Below, one piece after another: positions 60,274-64,000 of a stretch of 64,000 nt of DNA. The position numbers and the translations under genes are program-made. The DNA is from an uncultured Methanosarcinales archaeon (GTDB lineage: Archaea; Halobacteriota; Methanosarcinia; Methanotrichales; Methanotrichaceae), in contig CAWJKV010000011.1 of NCBI GenBank assembly GCA_963843555.1, forward strand, positions 39,631 through 103,630, read 5' to 3'. Below the pieces are notes generated by a model. The model ran no database searches. It worked only from the letters and a program-made list of their open reading frames with translations, and was not told the origin of the DNA. Position 1 is the stretch's first letter. Every line of letters starts with the position of its first letter.

Positions 60274-61083
60274 CTAGGATAGGCCGCTGCCGCCCATTCC
60301 AATAGGTATCTGGCTGATGTCCCCAACGCCCGTCAAGATGCGGTCTGCATCCTGGCGTACATCATGGAAATAGGATTTCGGCGAGGATGTCGGCAGCAAG
60401 TTCGCTGTCTCGGCCTGCTGGGTGGCGTTCTGGGTCTCCTGTGCAGAGGCTGTTGACGGGGCTTTTGGCTCCGTGACAATAGCTGGTGTATAGCTGGATA
60501 CGTCAGGGTTGATCCATAGGGCTTCGAACTCGCCTCGCTGAGAGATCTGCCCATTGCTGACCTTCGTGAGATCGCCCATGATCGACTGGCTTTCCGGATC
60601 GATATTTCCTTTCAACAGGTTGGCGGTCTGTTCAGTGCCACTTAGAGATGTCAGGACCAGGTCTACACTGTTTCCTTTTACGGAACCGATAACTACGCCA
60701 TTCCAGGATTGGCCGCTATCTGGCTCGTATTTTGCCTGCCCATAGAGGTTTTCGCCCTCCTGTTTGAGTACCATGATCACCGGGCCAGATTCTATCCCCA
60801 TTACCGACCAAATATAGCTCAGGTTAGGGACGGAACCAGTGCCGCTTTCATTTAATGATGCATTGGATGCCTCAGGTGCAGCAGATCCAGCAGACTCACC
60901 CTGCTCAGTTGCACCGGACTCGATAGATTCATCACCTAAGGATAGCGATTCTTGGGGAGAGGTCGCATCGCGAATACTTGTCTCATTGGCCGAATTATTC
61001 AAAGACTGCGCCTGCGCCAGAGACGGACACGCGGCTATGATGAATATGAGCGCCAGGGGAAGAATCATAAGTCTCTTTATCAA
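60274..61083 (-). CDS. Secreted hypothetical protein (paralogue of the next gene)
   Basis: Signal peptide; IWSVMGIE...LYGQAKYEP...WN shared with 61364-62161. Confidence 0.75.
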   Translation of the reverse strand: MIKRLMILPLALIFIIAACPSLAQAQSLNNSANETSIRDATSPQESLSLGDESIESGATEQGESAGSAAPEASNASLNESGTGSVPNLSYIWSVMGIESGPVIMVLKQEGENLYGQAKYEPDSGQSWNGVVIGSVKGNSVDLVLTSLSGTEQTANLLKGNIDPESQSIMGDLTKVSNGQISQRGEFEALWINPDVSSYTPAIVTEPKAPSTASAQETQNATQQAETANLLPTSSPKSYFHDVRQDADRILTGVGDISQIPIGMGGSGLS

Positions 61084-61363
61084 TTTCAGGCCTCCTTTTC
61101 GCCGTCAGTTTTTCAACTTTTAACGATAAATAATTATCAAGTGTTCGTCATTTGACTATAAGCATCTTTCTCATCTTCTGCCATATTAAGGCTTTTCAAA
61201 TTGCAGGCGTTGAGTAAATAGCCTTCTCAAAACGAGTCGATCGACAGGCCAAAGCTCGCAAGGCTCCGATCCGAAATAATACAGAGATAAGATCAAAAGT
61301 GCACTCTAAAAGAGAAAAAAGGAAGCGGCATTTCAATTCTCGGCTGCCGCTAATCCTCTTGAT

Positions 61364-62161
61364 CTAGAGACCGCTTCCGCCCATGCCGGGTGGAACGCCG
61401 CTCAGGTCGCCGCCTGGACCCATCTTATCGGCATACTCGCGGACGTCAACGAACCTTGATTTGGGCTTTTCTGCCGCTACAGTTTCGTTGGGTGTGGTCC
61501 CCGTAGACGCAGAGGCGTCAACGACTGCTGGAGCCGGAGTTGCTGCTTTGGGCTCCTCGATGGTAGCAGAAACATAGCTGGATGTATCCGGGCTGATCTG
61601 CATGGCATTGAAGCTGCCCTTGTTTATGATCTTACCAAGACTAGTCTGCGTGTAGTTGCCTTGAATGGTTCCGTTCAGGTTATCGAGAATTCCGGAGAGC
61701 TTTGAGCTTACCAGCTCGTTATCCTTCTGGGCGGTGATGGTCAGATCCACCTTATCGCCGACATTAGATCCTGTGACTTCAGCATTCCAGGCCTTGCCGC
61801 CCTGGGGCTCGTACTTAGCCTGGCCGAAGAGATCCGCGCCATCCTGGTCCAGGACCATGATGATCTGGTCTGCCTCGATACCGGTAACCGCCCAGATGAA
61901 CTTCAGATTAGTGGCTGCAATTGTCCTATTCTCGTCACTGGTTACGTTCCCGGGAAGGGTCGCATTCGCAAGCTGGCTCTCATTTGCTGCAATGGTTCCA
62001 TTTTCCGGAGAGACGATGCTCACTAAAGCAGTTGTATTGTTCACTACAGCAGTTGTATTATTCTCCATAGTACTCGTATTATTGGCGGGCTGCCCCAGGG
62101 ACAGGCCGGCGGTGAAGAGGAACACAAGTAGTAGGGGAAGAATCATGTATTTCTTATTCAA
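61364..62161 (-). CDS. Secreted hypothetical protein (paralogue of the previous gene); TTG start at 62161 preferred
   Basis: GGAGGC RBS before TTG; LNKKYMILPL matches LIKRLMILPL; many NxT sequons. Confidence 0.75.
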   Translation of the reverse strand: MNKKYMILPLLLVFLFTAGLSLGQPANNTSTMENNTTAVVNNTTALVSIVSPENGTIAANESQLANATLPGNVTSDENRTIAATNLKFIWAVTGIEADQIIMVLDQDGADLFGQAKYEPQGGKAWNAEVTGSNVGDKVDLTITAQKDNELVSSKLSGILDNLNGTIQGNYTQTSLGKIINKGSFNAMQISPDTSSYVSATIEEPKAATPAPAVVDASASTGTTPNETVAAEKPKSRFVDVREYADKMGPGGDLSGVPPGMGGSGL

Positions 62162-62800
62162 GTTATATGCCTCCAAAGTTTTCCCACCATTTGGCGATAG
62201 GCCTTTCGTCATTTGCCTACAACGTCACTTCCCAGTCGCATCTTCTCCTTTATAAGCTTTTGTCGAGCGCAGCTTCGACAGGCTGGAGGGTTAGGAACTC
62301 GGCTGGATACCTCAGGGAGCTGGCTTGGATGCGGGCTGCATGGGCCTGGCTCGGGATGCAGATCGCTTGCCTGGGACGTTGTGGGCCTGTTGACATGCGT
62401 TCAGGTCGAGCAGAGAGAGCCGGGAGGACGCGCCCGCCCGCAGGGGGCTCGCATGCGCGCTCGGGCGGCTGCGCTTGCGGTCGCGCGGGATCGCGGGTGC
62501 GCGCGTGGCCGGGCATGCTCGCGGGCAGGAAAACCGTGGGGGCGACAGGGATACAGCTTGGCCGCCTGGCTGACAGGAGTCCGATCGAGTGGAGATTGTA
62601 GGGGCAACCGCACGCCTGGGGCTTAAAGGCCGCTCAGGCAGCTACGGATGAGGTCGTGCGGAATCGCGGGCGGACGCTCAATGCCTCTACTTCTAGCTGG
62701 AACTCAGTAGGCAGATTCATCACGACGCCAGATTTATGTAACAAAAGAGAGAATGCGTTGATCGGCAATCTGATAATTTAAATTTTTAGATGATCATGTT

Positions 62801-63385
62801 ATGGCCAAGAAAATGATCGCAGATATACGACTTGCAAAGATATTCGAATCAAAAGAATATTATAATAATAAAGGCTTTAAAGAACTCATGAGTGCTGTTA
62901 CTGGTTATTATAACGAGCCATATTTTAAGACGCTTGTAGAAAGGATAACTCAGGATTTTGAGAAAGAGATATCGCTTTCAGAGTTCGGAGTACTGTCGTT
63001 GCTTAAAGACCAAGCCTGTGAGATTCAGTGTTCTCAGGACGACATTGGTATCATATGGGACCAAGCACTGAAAACCCTTGATCACCAGGTAGACCTTCTT
63101 CGGTGGGCCCTCCTCAGAGTTGATCGAAAGAGTAACGTGGCAATTTTTGCAATCGCCGTGAATGGGCTCTGTACAGCATCGGAGATTTGCTGGCTACTCC
63201 GTGGTGGTTATGCTGACGGGGCTATTGCACGACAGCGTACTCTTTTCGAGCTAGTTAGCGTAACAGGATTTATGGTTTATGTAGCCAGAGAGATAGACAA
63301 AGACATTGGAACGCGATGGCTCGATTCAGAACATATTGAACGGTTTAATATCTATGATAAACGAATTAAGGATTTAGAAAAAAAG
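62801..63385 (+). pseudogene. AT-rich hypothetical gene (DUF5677-like) truncated by an ISL3 insertion
   Basis: LRGGYADGAIARQRTLFE motif; the ORF runs into the IS terminus at 63386. Confidence 0.55.
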
Positions 63386-64000
63386 GGCTCTTCGCTGTTT
63401 CATGTGGGTAGATTGAATTCGAGTTTTCCTGTCCTAAGATAAATAGTAATAATAAAATTCTTTGTTGATCTGAAGCCTCTTGCACTATCCTTTGCTGCCT
63501 GAATGAGACTATTAGTTCCTTCCAAGATACCATTGCTGATTTTAGTTTTAATATAATTAGTTACCCCATTCCAGTGCTGCTTTATGGTTTTAGCGCAATC
63601 GATTACAGCATTGAGTCTGCTATGTGTTGCCCAGAAATACCATCGTTTGAGATAGCCTTCTGCCGAATGTGGATCTTGATTCCAGAAATCGCGAAGGGCC
63701 AGTTTGATGTTATACGCTCTTAATGTCTTGAGTCTGAGGTCTTTCAGAGGTCCGAACGTCTCATTTTGCTTGATCGTAAGGTTTTCAGGATTCTTGAGCC
63801 AGAGGTATCTTGTCTTTTTTAGCAGAACATTGTGCGATTGCTCTTCTCGCCTAACTTTATCGATTGCCTCATTCATAAGCTTCATCACGTGGAACTTGTC
63901 AAAGGTAATTGATGCATTGGGGAATGTATCATTTATTCCAGATATAAATGCAGGAGACATGTCGCAGCAAAAATTATTAATATTCTCGCTAGATCCTTTG
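63386..64000 (-). mobile_element. ISL3-family insertion sequence (3' part; transposase stop at 63400)
   Basis: DMSPAF, FDKFHV, RYLWLK and SNGILEGTNSLIQ...ARGFR; the terminus begins GGCTCTT. Confidence 0.95.

Overview
Archaeal methanogen DNA, most consistent with Methanothrix/Methanotrichaceae. Markers are SepCysS, archaeosortase A, methanogenesis marker 16, a DUF1608-type S-layer protein and a probable sheath protein; the taxonomy is inferred, not searched. Many conserved genes are split by single-base frameshifts, which looks like uncorrected long-read indels, so gene ends are approximate. Left to right: subtilase; artA-psd-pssA-mptD; guaAB; marker 16. Then an accessory island (about 7.2-16.2 kb) in which seven copies of a ~410-bp GC-rich, apparently non-coding repeat alternate with four two-gene toxin-antitoxin-type cassettes, followed by an AT-rich ~1,200-aa STAND-like NTPase. 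Then a Mo-nitrogenase cluster nifH-I1-I2-D-K-E-N plus an F420/PPOX-like gene and modABC, ending at an ISL3 remnant. Then envelope genes, TetR/ABC exporters, rnz, a hybrid kinase, a second TA cluster, a vor/acyl-CoA synthetase operon, housekeeping and secreted proteins, and an ISL3 inserted in an AT-rich gene. The best candidate for an undescribed system is the repeat-delimited TA cassette array. Each full repeat unit looks like a BRE/TATA promoter, a structured RNA with G-U-preserving changes and a GNRA-capped stem, and a hairpin followed by a T-tract.
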